A stretch of 64,000 nucleotides of DNA from an uncultured Alphaproteobacteria bacterium (GCA_963739075.1 CAVTZC010000012.1:42650-106649); one strand, 5' to 3'; shown: positions 50,460 to 62,620, counted from the stretch's first letter. The notes: a model not told the origin generated them from the letters alone. A program made the numbers and translations.

Positions 50460-52203
50460 TTACGCCACGGGCGCCAGGCTGCCCTCGCGCACCCAGTAAC
50501 GGTCGCCTTCGCGGCTGAACGCCAGCCGGCGGCGATGGAACGCGGCAAGCGTCGAGCGGTGACCGATCGACACGATGGTCGCGGCGGACAGCCGTTGTTC
50601 CAGCAGGTGGTAGAGTGCGGCCTCGGCCGGCTCATCAAGCGAGGCGGTGGCCTCATCCAGGAACAGAAAGTCCGGCGCGTGCAGCAACGCGCGCGCGATG
50701 CCGAGCCGCTGCTGCTCGCCGAGCGACAGCATGCGGTTCCAATGCGCCTCCTCCTCGAACCGCGTGGCCAAGGCCGGCAAGCCGACCGCGGCGATAAGCT
50801 CGGCGACCTTTGCGGCATCGAAAGCCCCAGGCTCCGCCGGATAAGCGACCGCGGCGGCCAAGGGCGCGATCGGAAAATACGGCCGCTGCGGCAGAATCAT
50901 CAGCCGGGCATTTTTCGGGACCGTGATCGTGCCGGCGCCGAACGGCCAGATGCCGCCCAGCGCACGGAATAACGTGGACTTGCCGCATCCCGACGGGCCG
51001 CTCACCAGCACCCGCTCGCCCAGGCCGATCGTGAGGTCGCTGGCGTTGACCAGCGGCACACCGTCCGGCAACCGCACCGCCAGCTCCTTGAACGAGACGG
51101 CCGCCGTTTCGCCGGGCACAATGCCGATCGCCGGCGGGGTCACCGCGATCGCACGCGCGGTTGCCACCGACGCATCGAAGCCGGACAGCCGCTCGATCAC
51201 TGCGCTCCATTCCGCGAGACTGCGGTACAAGCTGACGAACACCGACAGCGCTTCCTGCACACGGCCGAACGCGTTCGCCGTCTGCATCAAGCCTCCGAGC
51301 TGGATTGCATTGGCGAAATAAGCCGGGCTTACCATGACGAACGGGAACACCACGGACGCCTGGGCATAGCTGGCGGTAAAGAAGGTCAGCTTCTTCTGCC
51401 GCGACATAATCGCGAGCCAGTTGGCGACGACATTGCCGAACCGCATCAGCAGGCGGTCGCGCTCCGCGCGTTCGCCGTCGAGCAGGGCGATCTGCTCGGA
51501 ATTCTCGCGCACCCGCACCAGATTGAACCGGAAATCGGCTTCGTAGCGCTGCTGTTGGAAGTTAAGCGCGATCAGCGGGCGGCCGATCAGATGCGTGAAC
51601 GTCGTGCCGATGCAGGCGTAGATCAACGCCGCCCATAACAGGTAGCCCGGAATATCGAAGTCCGACCCCGAACACGTGCAGCGGTGCCGCCGCCGACAGC
51701 GACCACAGAATGATCATGAACGAGAATAACGTGACGCAGGAGTTGAGCAGCTGCAGTCCGATGGACAGCGTCAAGCCGATGAATTGCGCGATGTCCTCGG
51801 AAATGCGCTGGTCCGGGTTGTCGGCGGCGTCGCCCAAGAGCTGCATGCGGTAGTGATTGGCGCCCTCCATCCAATGGTCGAGATAGCTCGCCGTCAGCCA
51901 GCGCCGCCAGCGGATCTGCAGCCATTGATTGAGATAGAGCTGATAGACCGCGAGCAGAATGAAGATCGACGCCAGCACGCAGAAATAACCGAGCTGGTAG
52001 ACGAAGGCGTTCCAGTTCCGGTCCTGCAGCGCATTGTAGAAGCGGGCATTCCACTCGTTGATCAGCACCGTGATACCGACGATCGACAGCTCGATGGCGA
52101 TCACCGCCGCCAGCAGAAGGCGGCCCGGCCAGCGATCCTCGGAGCGGAAATAAGGGCTGGCAATCCGCCAGACGATGGCGAGCCTCGAGATAATGCCTTT
52201 CAC
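50460..52203 (-). pseudogene. Fused ABC transporter permease/ATP-binding protein (YddA/SbmA-like), reading frame split near 51666-51669
   Basis: The N-terminal TM half (ORF 51562-52203; GTG start with AGGAGA RBS) and the remainder plus NBD (ORF 50460-51626: Walker A GPSGCGKST, signature LSLGEQQRL, Walker B FLFLDEAT) are in different frames. Removing one G from the GGGG run restores ...LHVFGSDFDIPGYLLWAALIYACIGT.... Confidence 0.7.
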
Positions 52204-52575
52204 GGGGGTCTCCTGTTATGGCCGGCGCGAGCCTCGGGCGCGTAAATGGCCGGCTCTGGTGCACTCACTCATCGGTATGCTGCGACGTCGTATCCCACCT
52301 TTGCGGTGGGCGGCGAATTGAAGCCGTACCCAATTCGTCATGCATGTACTTGATGTTACACGCATTATATAGACGAAAGGCGATTACTTGCGCTATTGCT
52401 GGCACAGCGTAACATTATGGTTTGAACCAATATTTTCTCCCAATGAATCGCGGCAGCCTTGCGTCTTTTCGTCATCACACATTAGTGTGGCCATCAAGAC
52501 AGACAAACACGTGTCGCGCGTGCACCCCCGCAAATCGTTTGCGGCACGGCTGAAAAAATCTAAGGGAGGATGAAA

Positions 52576-53838
52576 ATGAAGAATGAATTCCTTACGACGA
52601 AGATTGACCGCCGGACGATGATTAAGACCGCGGCGGCCGTTGGTGTGGCGCAAATCGCATCGCCGTTCGTCATCACCGCGCGCGCCGCGGACGCCATCAA
52701 AATCGGCATGGTGGATCCCCTGACCGGCGTCTATGCCGCGGTGGCGCAGAACGAAGTCATCGGCGCCAAGTTCGCCGTTGAGCAGATTAATGCCAAAGGC
52801 GGCGTGCTCGGGCGTCCGTTGGAATTGCTGGTCGAAGACTCCGCCAACGATGTCGGCACCGGCGTGCAGAAGACACGCAAGCTGATCGAACGCGACCAGG
52901 TGCAGTTCATCATCGGCGACGTCAACTCGGGCATCGCCCAGGCGATGGCGCAGGTCACTGCCGAAAAGAAGGTGCTGCACGTCGTCTCCGGCGGCCACAC
53001 CGACGGCATTACCGGCAAGGACTGCAAGTGGAACGTCTATCGCGTCTGCAACACGACGCGCACGGAAGCCAACTCGGTTTCCGACCTTCTGTTCAACAAG
53101 TATGGCAAGAAGTGGCACTTCATCACGCCGGATTATGCCTTCGGTCACACCTTGCAGCAGGCGGGCGAAGCCAATCTGAAGAAACTCGGCGGCACGATGA
53201 CCGGCAACGAGCTTACCCCGCTCGGCACCACCGACTTCTCGGCTTACCTCATCAAGGCGCGCGCCGCCAACCCGGACGTCTTGCTGGTGTTGCCGCAGGG
53301 CTCCGACATGGTGAATTGCCTGAAGCAGATCGCCCAGTTCGGCATCGACAAGCAAATCCATGTCGCCGGACTGCAGCAGGAACTCGAATCGCTCGAAGCG
53401 ATGCCGCCCGAAGCGCGCGTCGGCATTTGGATGTTCGAGTGGTACTGGAAGCAACCGGGCGTGCCGCATGTCGAACAGTTCGTGGCCGACATCCGCAAGC
53501 GCACGAACGGCAAGGTGCCGACGGCGCGCACATGGTTCGGCTTCACCTCGGTGCAGACCTACGCGCTCGTCGCCAACCATGAAAAGACGCTCGACGCCGT
53601 CAAGCTCGCCAAAGCGCTCGGCAATCTCGATTTGCCCGCCGAGGTCAAGCTGCAGCCCAATAAATGCTATTACCGGGACGGCGATCATCAGTTGATGACC
53701 TCGTCCTTTGTCGGTGAAGCGCTGTCAAAACCGGCGGGCGATCCGGAAGATCTGTTCCGCGTCGATCATGTCATCGCGGGCGATAAGGTGAATCCGCCGG
53801 AGAGCGAAACCGGTTGCAGCCTGAAGTGGCCTGCCTAA
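52576..53838 (+). CDS. ABC transporter substrate-binding protein (LivK/AmiC-type, branched-chain amino acid/amide family) with a Tat-like leader
   Basis: ...DRRTMIKTAAAVGVAQIASPFVITARA, then IKIGMVDPLTGVYAA... type I PBP pattern. Second ATG (52576) preferred because of the GGGAGG spacing. Confidence 0.8.
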   Translation: MKNEFLTTKIDRRTMIKTAAAVGVAQIASPFVITARAADAIKIGMVDPLTGVYAAVAQNEVIGAKFAVEQINAKGGVLGRPLELLVEDSANDVGTGVQKTRKLIERDQVQFIIGDVNSGIAQAMAQVTAEKKVLHVVSGGHTDGITGKDCKWNVYRVCNTTRTEANSVSDLLFNKYGKKWHFITPDYAFGHTLQQAGEANLKKLGGTMTGNELTPLGTTDFSAYLIKARAANPDVLLVLPQGSDMVNCLKQIAQFGIDKQIHVAGLQQELESLEAMPPEARVGIWMFEWYWKQPGVPHVEQFVADIRKRTNGKVPTARTWFGFTSVQTYALVANHEKTLDAVKLAKALGNLDLPAEVKLQPNKCYYRDGDHQLMTSSFVGEALSKPAGDPEDLFRVDHVIAGDKVNPPESETGCSLKWPA

Positions 53839-53933
53839 CTTAAGACCTGTCCGTCTATCGCGCCTGGGGAGCTGGTATCGCTCCCCGGGCGTGCGATATT
53901 AACACGCCGGTTCGCGCACCCGAGAATTGATCC

Positions 53934-54803
53934 ATGTTGCAACTCCTGCTGTTCAACGTCACGAACGGATTGATTATCGGCGCCTTTTACGTGCTGATGG
54001 CGCTCGGCCTGTCTTTGATCCTCAACCTGAGCAATGTGATCAATTTCGCCCACGGCGGCTTCCTCGTGGTTGGCGGCTATATCGCCTACACCATCACGCC
54101 CTATGTGGGTTTCTGGGGCGCGCTGCTGATCGCGCCGCCGCTCACCGCCATCATTGGCCTCGCCACCGAACGCGTGCTGATCCGCCCGCTATACGGGCGC
54201 GATCCACTCTACAGCCTGCTGCTCACTTTCGGCCTTGCGTTCATCTTCGAAGACGGCACGCGTTTCATCTGGGGCGCGCAGGGCAAGCCAGTGACCGTGC
54301 CGGCGATTTTGGCCCAGCCGCTAAGCTATGAGTTTTTCTTCATCACCGGCTATCGCCTATTCATGGTCGCGACGGTGACGCTGGCGGTAGCGCTGCTCTT
54401 TGTCTTATTGCGCTATACGCGCCTCGGCATCCGCATTCGCGCCGGCACGCTCGACCTCGAGACGGTGTCGGCGCTAGGCGTCAATGTCGGCCTGTTGCGT
54501 TCGCTCAATTTCGCGGCCGGAATTTTCCTCGCCGGGCTCAGCGGCGTGTTGGCGGCGGGTCAGCTCGGCCTTGAGCCGACCATGGGCGCTGGGCTTCTGA
54601 TGCCGAGCTTCATCGCCATTATCGTCGGCGGCGTCGGCAGTCTCACCGGCACGCTATTGGGCGGCCTGCTGATCGGCGTGGCATCCGGCGTCACGGCGGT
54701 GTTTTTGCCGGCTGCTAGCGAAGCGATCATGTACGTGCTGATGGCGGTGGTTCTGCTGATCCGCCCGCGCGGATTGCTGGGCGAAGAAGGCATGATGACA
54801 TGA
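53934..54803 (+). CDS. Branched-chain amino acid ABC transporter permease (LivH-like)
   Basis: MLQLLLFNVTNGLIIGAFYVLMALGLSLILNLSNVINFAHGGF.... Confidence 0.85.
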   Translation: MLQLLLFNVTNGLIIGAFYVLMALGLSLILNLSNVINFAHGGFLVVGGYIAYTITPYVGFWGALLIAPPLTAIIGLATERVLIRPLYGRDPLYSLLLTFGLAFIFEDGTRFIWGAQGKPVTVPAILAQPLSYEFFFITGYRLFMVATVTLAVALLFVLLRYTRLGIRIRAGTLDLETVSALGVNVGLLRSLNFAAGIFLAGLSGVLAAGQLGLEPTMGAGLLMPSFIAIIVGGVGSLTGTLLGGLLIGVASGVTAVFLPAASEAIMYVLMAVVLLIRPRGLLGEEGMMT

Positions 54804-55759
54804 TCGAGAATGATACTGGCCGAAAGTTGGCCGTACTCGTTTGTATCTGGGCAGCCTTGCTGCTCGCGCCCTATTGGATGCCGCCACTCGGCGGTTACAC
54901 CGCGCTCGGCACCCGCGTTCTCATCCTTGGGCTGGCGGCCATGTCGGTGAACTTTCTCCTGGGCTTCACCGGTGTGCTGTCCTTCGGCCATGCCGCCTAT
55001 TTCGGTCTCGGCGCCTATGGCGCGGGGCTGTCGCTGAAATATCTGGCCCCGAGCACGCCGATTTCACTGTTAATGGGCATGCTTCTGGGCGGTCTTGCCG
55101 GGGCCATTCTCGGAATGCTTATCGTGCGCCGCCGCGGCGTCTATTTCGCGATGGTCACGATCGCCTTCGGACAAGTGTTTTATTACATCGCATTCCAATG
55201 GAGCTCGCTCACCGGCGGCGACGACGGCTTGCGCGGCTTTTCGCGGCAGCCGCTCGATCTGGGGTTCTTCTCAATCGACATTTTGTCGAATCCCGATAAT
55301 TTTTATTTCTTCGTGTTGTTTTGCTTCGCCATCATCGTGGCGGTCATGGGTTTCATCCTGCGGTCGCCGTTCGGTCGCACCATGCTCGCGATCCGCGAAA
55401 ACGAACGGCGCGCCCGCTTCCTTGGCATTCCGGTGGAGCGTCACATCTGGATCGTATTCACGGCGTCGTGTTTCTTCATGGGGTTTGCCGGGGCGCTCTA
55501 TGCGCTGCTGAATAATTTCGCCGATCCGAAGGGCTTGCATTTCAGCCAATCCGGCGACTTCGTCATGATGGCGGTGATGGGCGGCATGCGCAGTTTTTGG
55601 GGACCGCTGCTCGGCGCTGCCGTCTTCGTCGTTCTGCAAGATTATCTTTCGAGCGTCACCGTCAATTGGATGTCGTTTGTCGGATTGTTGTTTGTGCTCG
55701 TGGTACTGTTCTTTCCCCGCGGGCTTCTCGGCGTCGTTCGGCGAAAGCTCGCGTCATGA
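54800..55759 (+). CDS. Branched-chain amino acid ABC transporter permease (LivM-like)
   Basis: ...VNFLLGFTGVLSFGHAAYFGLGAYGAG.... 4-nt overlaps with both neighbouring genes. Confidence 0.85.
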   Translation: MIENDTGRKLAVLVCIWAALLLAPYWMPPLGGYTALGTRVLILGLAAMSVNFLLGFTGVLSFGHAAYFGLGAYGAGLSLKYLAPSTPISLLMGMLLGGLAGAILGMLIVRRRGVYFAMVTIAFGQVFYYIAFQWSSLTGGDDGLRGFSRQPLDLGFFSIDILSNPDNFYFFVLFCFAIIVAVMGFILRSPFGRTMLAIRENERRARFLGIPVERHIWIVFTASCFFMGFAGALYALLNNFADPKGLHFSQSGDFVMMAVMGGMRSFWGPLLGAAVFVVLQDYLSSVTVNWMSFVGLLFVLVVLFFPRGLLGVVRRKLAS

Positions 55760-56508
55760 GCCTGCTGCGGGTCGAAAACGTCTCCAAGCATTTCGGCAGC
55801 CTGGTCGCCGTCGACAACATATCGATGACGGTCGAGGCAGGCGAATTGCGCGCCGTGATCGGTCCCAACGGCGCCGGAAAAACCACGTTTTTCAACATGA
55901 TCAGCGGCTTCCTACTGCCGAATTTGGGCCGCATCGTATTCGACGGCGAGGACATCACCTCACTGTTGCCCGCCCGCCGGGTGTGGCGCGGCATCGCCCG
56001 CACGTTCCAGATTACGGAAGTGTTTCCTGAGCTGACGGTGCGCGAAAATCTCCGCATTGCGGTCGAGAGCGCCAGCGGCTTCCGCTTGCGTGTTTGGCAA
56101 TCGCGCGACGACGATGGCGAGGTCAAGGCGCGCGTCGTCGATCTGCTGGAAATGAGCGGCCTGACCGAAAAAGCCGACCGGCTGGTGGGCGAGCTGGCGC
56201 ACGGCGACCAGCGCGTCACCGAAATCATGATGGCGCTGGCGCTCAAGCCGCGGCTTTTGCTGCTCGATGAGCCGACCGCCGGCATGGGCGACCAGGAGAC
56301 CTACGACATTACGCAGCTGATCCGAAAACTGCACCACGACCAGAAACTCACCATTGTGCTGATCGAGCACGACATGCGCGTGGTTTTCCACCTTGCCGAC
56401 CGCATCATGGTGCTGGCCGAAGGCAAGATGCTGGCCGAAGGCACGCCGCAGGAAATCGCCGCCAACGAGGCGGTGCAGGCCGCGTATTTGGGAAAGGTGG
56501 CGGCATGA
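55756..56508 (+). CDS. ABC transporter ATP-binding protein (LivG-like)
   Basis: Walker A GPNGAGKTT, signature-equivalent region ...LAHGDQRVTEIMMAL..., Walker B LLLLDEPTAG. Confidence 0.85.
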   Translation: MSLLRVENVSKHFGSLVAVDNISMTVEAGELRAVIGPNGAGKTTFFNMISGFLLPNLGRIVFDGEDITSLLPARRVWRGIARTFQITEVFPELTVRENLRIAVESASGFRLRVWQSRDDDGEVKARVVDLLEMSGLTEKADRLVGELAHGDQRVTEIMMALALKPRLLLLDEPTAGMGDQETYDITQLIRKLHHDQKLTIVLIEHDMRVVFHLADRIMVLAEGKMLAEGTPQEIAANEAVQAAYLGKVAA

Positions 56509-57242
56509 GCAACTTGGCGCTCGAGGCGGAGGGCCTCCATACCTTTTACGGCAAGAGCCACATCCTGCACGGTGTCGCCCTTGAGGTGCGCGAAGGCGAA
56601 ATCGTGACCTTGCTCGGGCGCAACGGCGCCGGCAAGACTACCACGCTGCGCAGCCTCATGGGCCTGACCCATGCGCGCGAGGGCGCGGTGCGCATTTTCG
56701 GCCACGCTACCACCGACTGGCAGCCTTATCGCATTGCGGCGCTCGGCGTGGGCTACGTGCCGGAAGGCCGGCGCATCTTCGCCAACCTCAGCGTTGAAGA
56801 AAACCTCAGGGTCCCACTCGAGCGGCCAGGACCGTGGACGATCGCGCGCATCTATGAACTTTTTCCGCGCTTAGCGCAACGCAAGACGAACAAGGGCCGG
56901 CAGCTTTCGGGCGGCGAACAGGAAATGCTGGCGATCGCGCGCGCGCTGCTCTTGAACCCGAAACTGCTCTTGCTCGACGAGCCAAGCCAAGGCCTCGCGC
57001 CCTTGATCGTCCAGGAAGTGTTTAAAGTCGTCACCTCGGCGCGCGCGCAAGGTATCTCGGTGCTGCTGGTCGAGCAGAACGTGCGTGCCGCAGTTGAGAT
57101 CGCCGACCGCGCCTATGTGCTGGACGACGGCAAGGTGGTCTATTCCGGCGATGCCGCCGAATTCGCCAAGGACGAGGTGCGGGTACGGGCGCTCGCCGGC
57201 GCCAGCGCCGAGGAATGGGAGCCGCACGGCGCGCCCGCCTGA
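56505..57242 (+). CDS. ABC transporter ATP-binding protein (LivF-like)
   Basis: Walker A GRNGAGKTT, signature LSGGEQEML, Walker B LLLLDEPS. Confidence 0.85.
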   Translation: MSNLALEAEGLHTFYGKSHILHGVALEVREGEIVTLLGRNGAGKTTTLRSLMGLTHAREGAVRIFGHATTDWQPYRIAALGVGYVPEGRRIFANLSVEENLRVPLERPGPWTIARIYELFPRLAQRKTNKGRQLSGGEQEMLAIARALLLNPKLLLLDEPSQGLAPLIVQEVFKVVTSARAQGISVLLVEQNVRAAVEIADRAYVLDDGKVVYSGDAAEFAKDEVRVRALAGASAEEWEPHGAPA

Positions 57243-57294
57243 TCTAGCGTCTCCCTGGAATCACACTTTGACGGCCCAGCATGATTGAGCACCG

Positions 57295-58623
57295 ATGTCG
57301 GACGCACAATCGACAGGACTGACCGCGATCGAAGCCGCCGAGCGAATCGCCAGCGGTGATATGAGCGCGGAAGACTATATCGGCGCCTGTCTGCAACGCA
57401 TCGAAGAAGTCGACGACAAGGTGCACGCGTTCGTGCACCTCGATCCGGACGCGGCGCTGGCCCAGGCGCGCGCGCTCGACGAGCGCCGCCGTAACGGCAT
57501 GCCGCTCGGCGCCCTGCACGGCGTGCCGGTGGCGATCAAGGACATCTTCGACACCGCCGATTATCCGACCGAGTGCGGTTCGCCGTTGCTCAAGGGCCGC
57601 CAGCCGATGCGCGATTGCACCGCGGTGGCGCGGCTGCGCGTGGCCGGAGCGGTGATCCTCGGCAAAACGGTGACCACCGAGTTCGCCTATTTCCACGCCG
57701 GGGCGACGCGCAATCCGCACGATCTCGAACGCACGCCCGGCGGCTCGTCCTCCGGCTCGGCCGCGGCGGTCGCCGCCGGCCTGGTGCCGCTGGCGATCGG
57801 CTCGCAGACCAATGGTTCGGTGATCAGGCCGGCGGCCTTCTGCGGCGTCTATGGCGTCAAGCCGACCCACGGCACCATCTCACGCCACGGTGCGCTGATC
57901 CTGTCGCAGGCGCTCGATCATGTCGGCGTGTTCGCGCGCACGCTTGCCGATGCCGCGCTGATCCTCGAGGCGCTCGCCGGCTACGACGAGAACGATACGG
58001 ATACGCGCCCGGTGGCGGCGCCGGCGTTTCTCGAGACGATGATCGACGAGCCCCCGCTGCCGCCGCAACTCGCCTTCGTGCGCACGCCGGTCTGGGACAA
58101 GGCCGATGCGCAGACGCGTGCGGCGTTCGAGGAACTTGTCAGTCAGCTGGGAGATTGCGCCGCAACGTTCGATTTGCCGGATGCCTATGCGGCAGCCTGG
58201 GACGACCAGCGCGTCATCATGGGGGCCGATATGGCGCATAATTTCGGCGCGCTGGTCGAGCGCGGCGGCGCCGCTTCCAGCAAGCAACTGCGCGATTTTC
58301 TGGCCGAAGGCAGCCAGGCGAGCGCAGTGCGCTATCTCTCGGCCCGCGCCAACGCCCGGCGCTATGCCGCCGGTATCGACGAAATCTTCAAACAATACGA
58401 CGCCATCCTGACGCCGTCCGCCCCCGGCGTGGCGCCAAAAGGCGTGGCCACCGGCAATCCGGCCTTCAACACACTGTGGACATTGACCGGGCTGCCGGCG
58501 GTGTCGCTGCCGTTGCTGAAGGGCGAGGGCGGCATGCCGCTCGGCGTGCAGCTCGTCGGCGCGGCCGGCGACGACGCGCGGCTGCTGCGCACGGCCAACT
58601 GGCTGGTCAAAAAGCTCGCCTAG
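57295..58623 (+). CDS. Amidase (amidase-signature family)
   Basis: ...GVPVAIKDIFDT...; the GGSSSGSAAAVAAG signature; ...GSVIRPAAFCG.... Confidence 0.85.
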   Translation: MSDAQSTGLTAIEAAERIASGDMSAEDYIGACLQRIEEVDDKVHAFVHLDPDAALAQARALDERRRNGMPLGALHGVPVAIKDIFDTADYPTECGSPLLKGRQPMRDCTAVARLRVAGAVILGKTVTTEFAYFHAGATRNPHDLERTPGGSSSGSAAAVAAGLVPLAIGSQTNGSVIRPAAFCGVYGVKPTHGTISRHGALILSQALDHVGVFARTLADAALILEALAGYDENDTDTRPVAAPAFLETMIDEPPLPPQLAFVRTPVWDKADAQTRAAFEELVSQLGDCAATFDLPDAYAAAWDDQRVIMGADMAHNFGALVERGGAASSKQLRDFLAEGSQASAVRYLSARANARRYAAGIDEIFKQYDAILTPSAPGVAPKGVATGNPAFNTLWTLTGLPAVSLPLLKGEGGMPLGVQLVGAAGDDARLLRTANWLVKKLA

Positions 58624-59490
58624 TTACGCTGGCGGCGCGCCGAGATTCGCCTTGAAGAAAGCGATGGTGCGGTTCCAGGCCAGATCCGCGGCCGGCTTGT
58701 CGTAACGGTTGCTGGTGTCGTTGTTGAAGGCGTGATTGGCGTCCGGGTAGACGTAAATCGTGTAGCGCTTTTTGTTGGCCTTCAAGGCCGCTTCATAGGC
58801 GGCGATCCCCGCATTCACGCGCTGGTCGAGCCCCGCATAGTGCAATAGCAGCGGCGCTTGGATGGCCGCGACCTGGTCGGCTGGCACTTGCAGACCGTAG
58901 TAGATGACCCCAGCCCTAAGATCGGGCGCCAGCACCGCGACGCGATTGACGATACCGCCGCCCCAGCAGAAGCCGACGATACCGACCTTGCCGGTCGATT
59001 CCGCGCGATGCTCCAGGAATGGCACCGCCGCCGCGATGCGGCGCGCAGTGTCGCCTGGATTGAGGGTGCTGATCATATCACGCGCCTGGTCTTCGTCCGC
59101 CGGCGTGCCTCCGAGCGGCGAGAGCATATCGACCGCGTAGGCAAGGAAGCCTTCAAGCGCGATGCGCCGCGCGATGTCCTGGATATGCGGATTGAGCCCG
59201 CGATTTTCGTGGATGACGATGACCGCCGGGCGTTTGCCCTTGGACTTGAGGCGCGCCAAGGTGCCGCTGATGCGCGTGCCCGCCGCATCGTAAGACACGG
59301 TGTCGATGGCGAGCCGTGCATCGTCGGGCGGAACAATCGCGGCGCGCGCGTAATCGTTCTGCAACAGCGGCAGCAGCGCCAGCGCCGCCGCGCTCGAGCC
59401 GGCGATGTCCGCCAGCCGGTCGAGAAATGCGCGGCGATTGATGCCGCCGTGCGTGAAGCTGTCATAAAGGTCGATGATGCGCTGATCCAT
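58624..59490 (-). CDS. Dienelactone hydrolase family protein
   Basis: ...AVIVIHENRGLNPHI.DIARR.A.EGF.A...; nucleophile region ...GIVGFCWGG.... GGAGAG RBS before the ATG at 59490. Confidence 0.8.
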   Translation of the reverse strand: MDQRIIDLYDSFTHGGINRRAFLDRLADIAGSSAAALALLPLLQNDYARAAIVPPDDARLAIDTVSYDAAGTRISGTLARLKSKGKRPAVIVIHENRGLNPHIQDIARRIALEGFLAYAVDMLSPLGGTPADEDQARDMISTLNPGDTARRIAAAVPFLEHRAESTGKVGIVGFCWGGGIVNRVAVLAPDLRAGVIYYGLQVPADQVAAIQAPLLLHYAGLDQRVNAGIAAYEAALKANKKRYTIYVYPDANHAFNNDTSNRYDKPAADLAWNRTIAFFKANLGAPPA

Positions 59491-59567
59491 GGAACTCTCC
59501 GGCCGACCCTTCGCCAAGGATAGCACACCGCATTGCGGCGAAAATTCCGCTGCATGCGCGCCGCAAC

Positions 59568-59593
59568 GAAAAAGGGCGCGGCCGAAACCGCGC
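59568..59593 (-). terminator. Rho-independent terminator of groESL
   Basis: gcgcgg/ccgcgc stem with a 6-nt loop, followed on the minus strand by ccctttttcg. Confidence 0.6.
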
Positions 59594-59622
59594 GCTTTGT
59601 GTTTGAGACGGTATCGGCCGAC

Positions 59623-61266
<1,644 letters not shown>

Positions 61267-61292
61267 TCACTCCAATGGGTTTTAATTCGGGG

Positions 61293-61589
61293 TCAGGCGA
61301 TCACGCCCATGATGTCGGACTCCTTCATGATCAGGAGATCCTCGCCGTCGAGCTTGACCTCGGTGCCCGACCACTTGCCGAACAGCACCTTGTCGCCGGT
61401 CTTCAGGTCGATCGGGATCAGCTTGCCGGACTCATCGCGTCCGCCCGGGCCGACGGCGATGACTTCGCCCTGCGAGGGCTTTTCCTGGGCGGTGTCGGGG
61501 ATGATGATGCCGCCCTTGGTCTTCTCTTCGGCGGTGATGCGGCGCACGACGATGCGGTCGTGCAGGGGACGAAACTTGGTCTTGGCCAT
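61293..61589 (-). CDS. groES: Co-chaperonin GroES
   Basis: [17 protein letters not shown]...[23 protein letters not shown]. Confidence 0.95.
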   Translation of the reverse strand: MAKTKFRPLHDRIVVRRITAEEKTKGGIIIPDTAQEKPSQGEVIAVGPGGRDESGKLIPIDLKTGDKVLFGKWSGTEVKLDGEDLLIMKESDIMGVIA

Positions 61590-61649
61590 GGCTTCCTCGT
61601 CGGCGCTTGAGCGCGTGCGTTTACCGGAAAGTGCAGACTTTTTAAGCCC

Positions 61650-61676
61650 TTAGCACTCGTTAACGGAGAGTGCCAA
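61650..61676 (-). promoter_or_regulatory. CIRCE operator (HrcA binding site) in the groES leader
   Basis: TTAGCACTC-gttaacgga-GAGTGCCAA; one mismatch to TTAGCACTC-N9-GAGTGCTAA. Confidence 0.85.
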
Positions 61677-61688
61677 AATGCTGCCCGG

Positions 61689-61717
61689 GAGATATTGCGT
61701 TGAGCCCGAAGTGTCAA
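61689..61717 (-). promoter_or_regulatory. Sigma70-type promoter for groESL
   Basis: On the minus strand: TTGACA (61717-61712), 17-nt spacer, TATCTC (61694-61689), just upstream of CIRCE. Confidence 0.55.
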
Positions 61718-61900
61718 GCAGGCAGCGGCGCTGGCGTTAACGGGACCGGTCTAGCCGATGAGCAGGTCGCACCAGAAAGACAGGCGATGCTCGTCCAGGC
61801 GGCTATATAGACCTTTCATAACGGTTCGGCCGTGACCCCCCTGCTTGCGCTGTCCGCCATTGCCCCGCAAAGTCCCCCCGGCGGCGGCGCAGGAGTACGA

Positions 61901-62536
61901 ATGACCCATCCCCATCGACCGACCCGATCGACGGCCCTGGTTCTGGCGTGGCTGGCACTCGGCCTGGCTGCCTGCTCGACTGGCGGACCACAATTCCCGG
62001 AGCTATTTGGCCCCTCGTCTCAGCCGCAGCAGCAGCCGCAGCCGCAGGCGGAGCCGGTGCCGTTGTTGCCGCCGGCCTTTCCGCCGCAGGATATCGTCGG
62101 GCGCTGGGGTCTCGCCGCCTATCACAAGGTCGAGGACCGCGCCCGCATCGAGGTGGCGGCGGCCAATCAATGCAAACAGCCCTATGTCATCACGCTCGGC
62201 CCCACCGGCGGGGTGATGATGCATCTCGCCGACCAGGCGACGCCCACCGAGCTGCGCCTGAAAGGCGCGCCGGGCGGCAAGACCTATATCGGCCCGGAGG
62301 GCGATCCGCCGGGCAGCGCGCAGGACCGCCTCGTCGAGTCATTCGACGGCCGCGTGCTGATCCTGCGCTGGATGGATTCCGAGGTGCAGGGGCGCTACGG
62401 CACCATGGTCTATGTGCGCTGTGCGCCGGAAGGCGCCAAGCGGCCGGCCAAGCCGAAGGCGAAAATCGCAGCCAAGCCGAAAGCCGCGCCGAAGCCGATC
62501 CAGCCGCCGATCCAGCAACAGAAGCCGGGACAGTAA
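61901..62536 (+). CDS. Lipoprotein of unknown function with Q/P-rich and K/P/A-rich low-complexity termini
   Basis: AGGAG RBS, lipobox LGLAAC, ...QPQQQPQPQAEP..., folded core, then tail ...AKRPAKPKAKIAAKPKAAPKPIQPPIQQQKPGQ. Confidence 0.65.
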   Translation: MTHPHRPTRSTALVLAWLALGLAACSTGGPQFPELFGPSSQPQQQPQPQAEPVPLLPPAFPPQDIVGRWGLAAYHKVEDRARIEVAAANQCKQPYVITLGPTGGVMMHLADQATPTELRLKGAPGGKTYIGPEGDPPGSAQDRLVESFDGRVLILRWMDSEVQGRYGTMVYVRCAPEGAKRPAKPKAKIAAKPKAAPKPIQPPIQQQKPGQ

Positions 62537-62620
62537 CGTCCCGGTCTGGCGCGATACGCATGAGGGTTCTGCCGCCGGCGTGTTAGACATTGCGCAATCA
62601 TCGTCCGCAGCCGGTCATTC

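Noticed and set aside
52400-52414. Possible sigma-54 promoter (TGGCAC at 52400-52405) upstream of the ABC importer.
   Set aside because: The -12 element is missing: the sequence after the 5-nt spacer is aacat rather than TTGCW. A single TGGCAC hexamer is not sufficient evidence.
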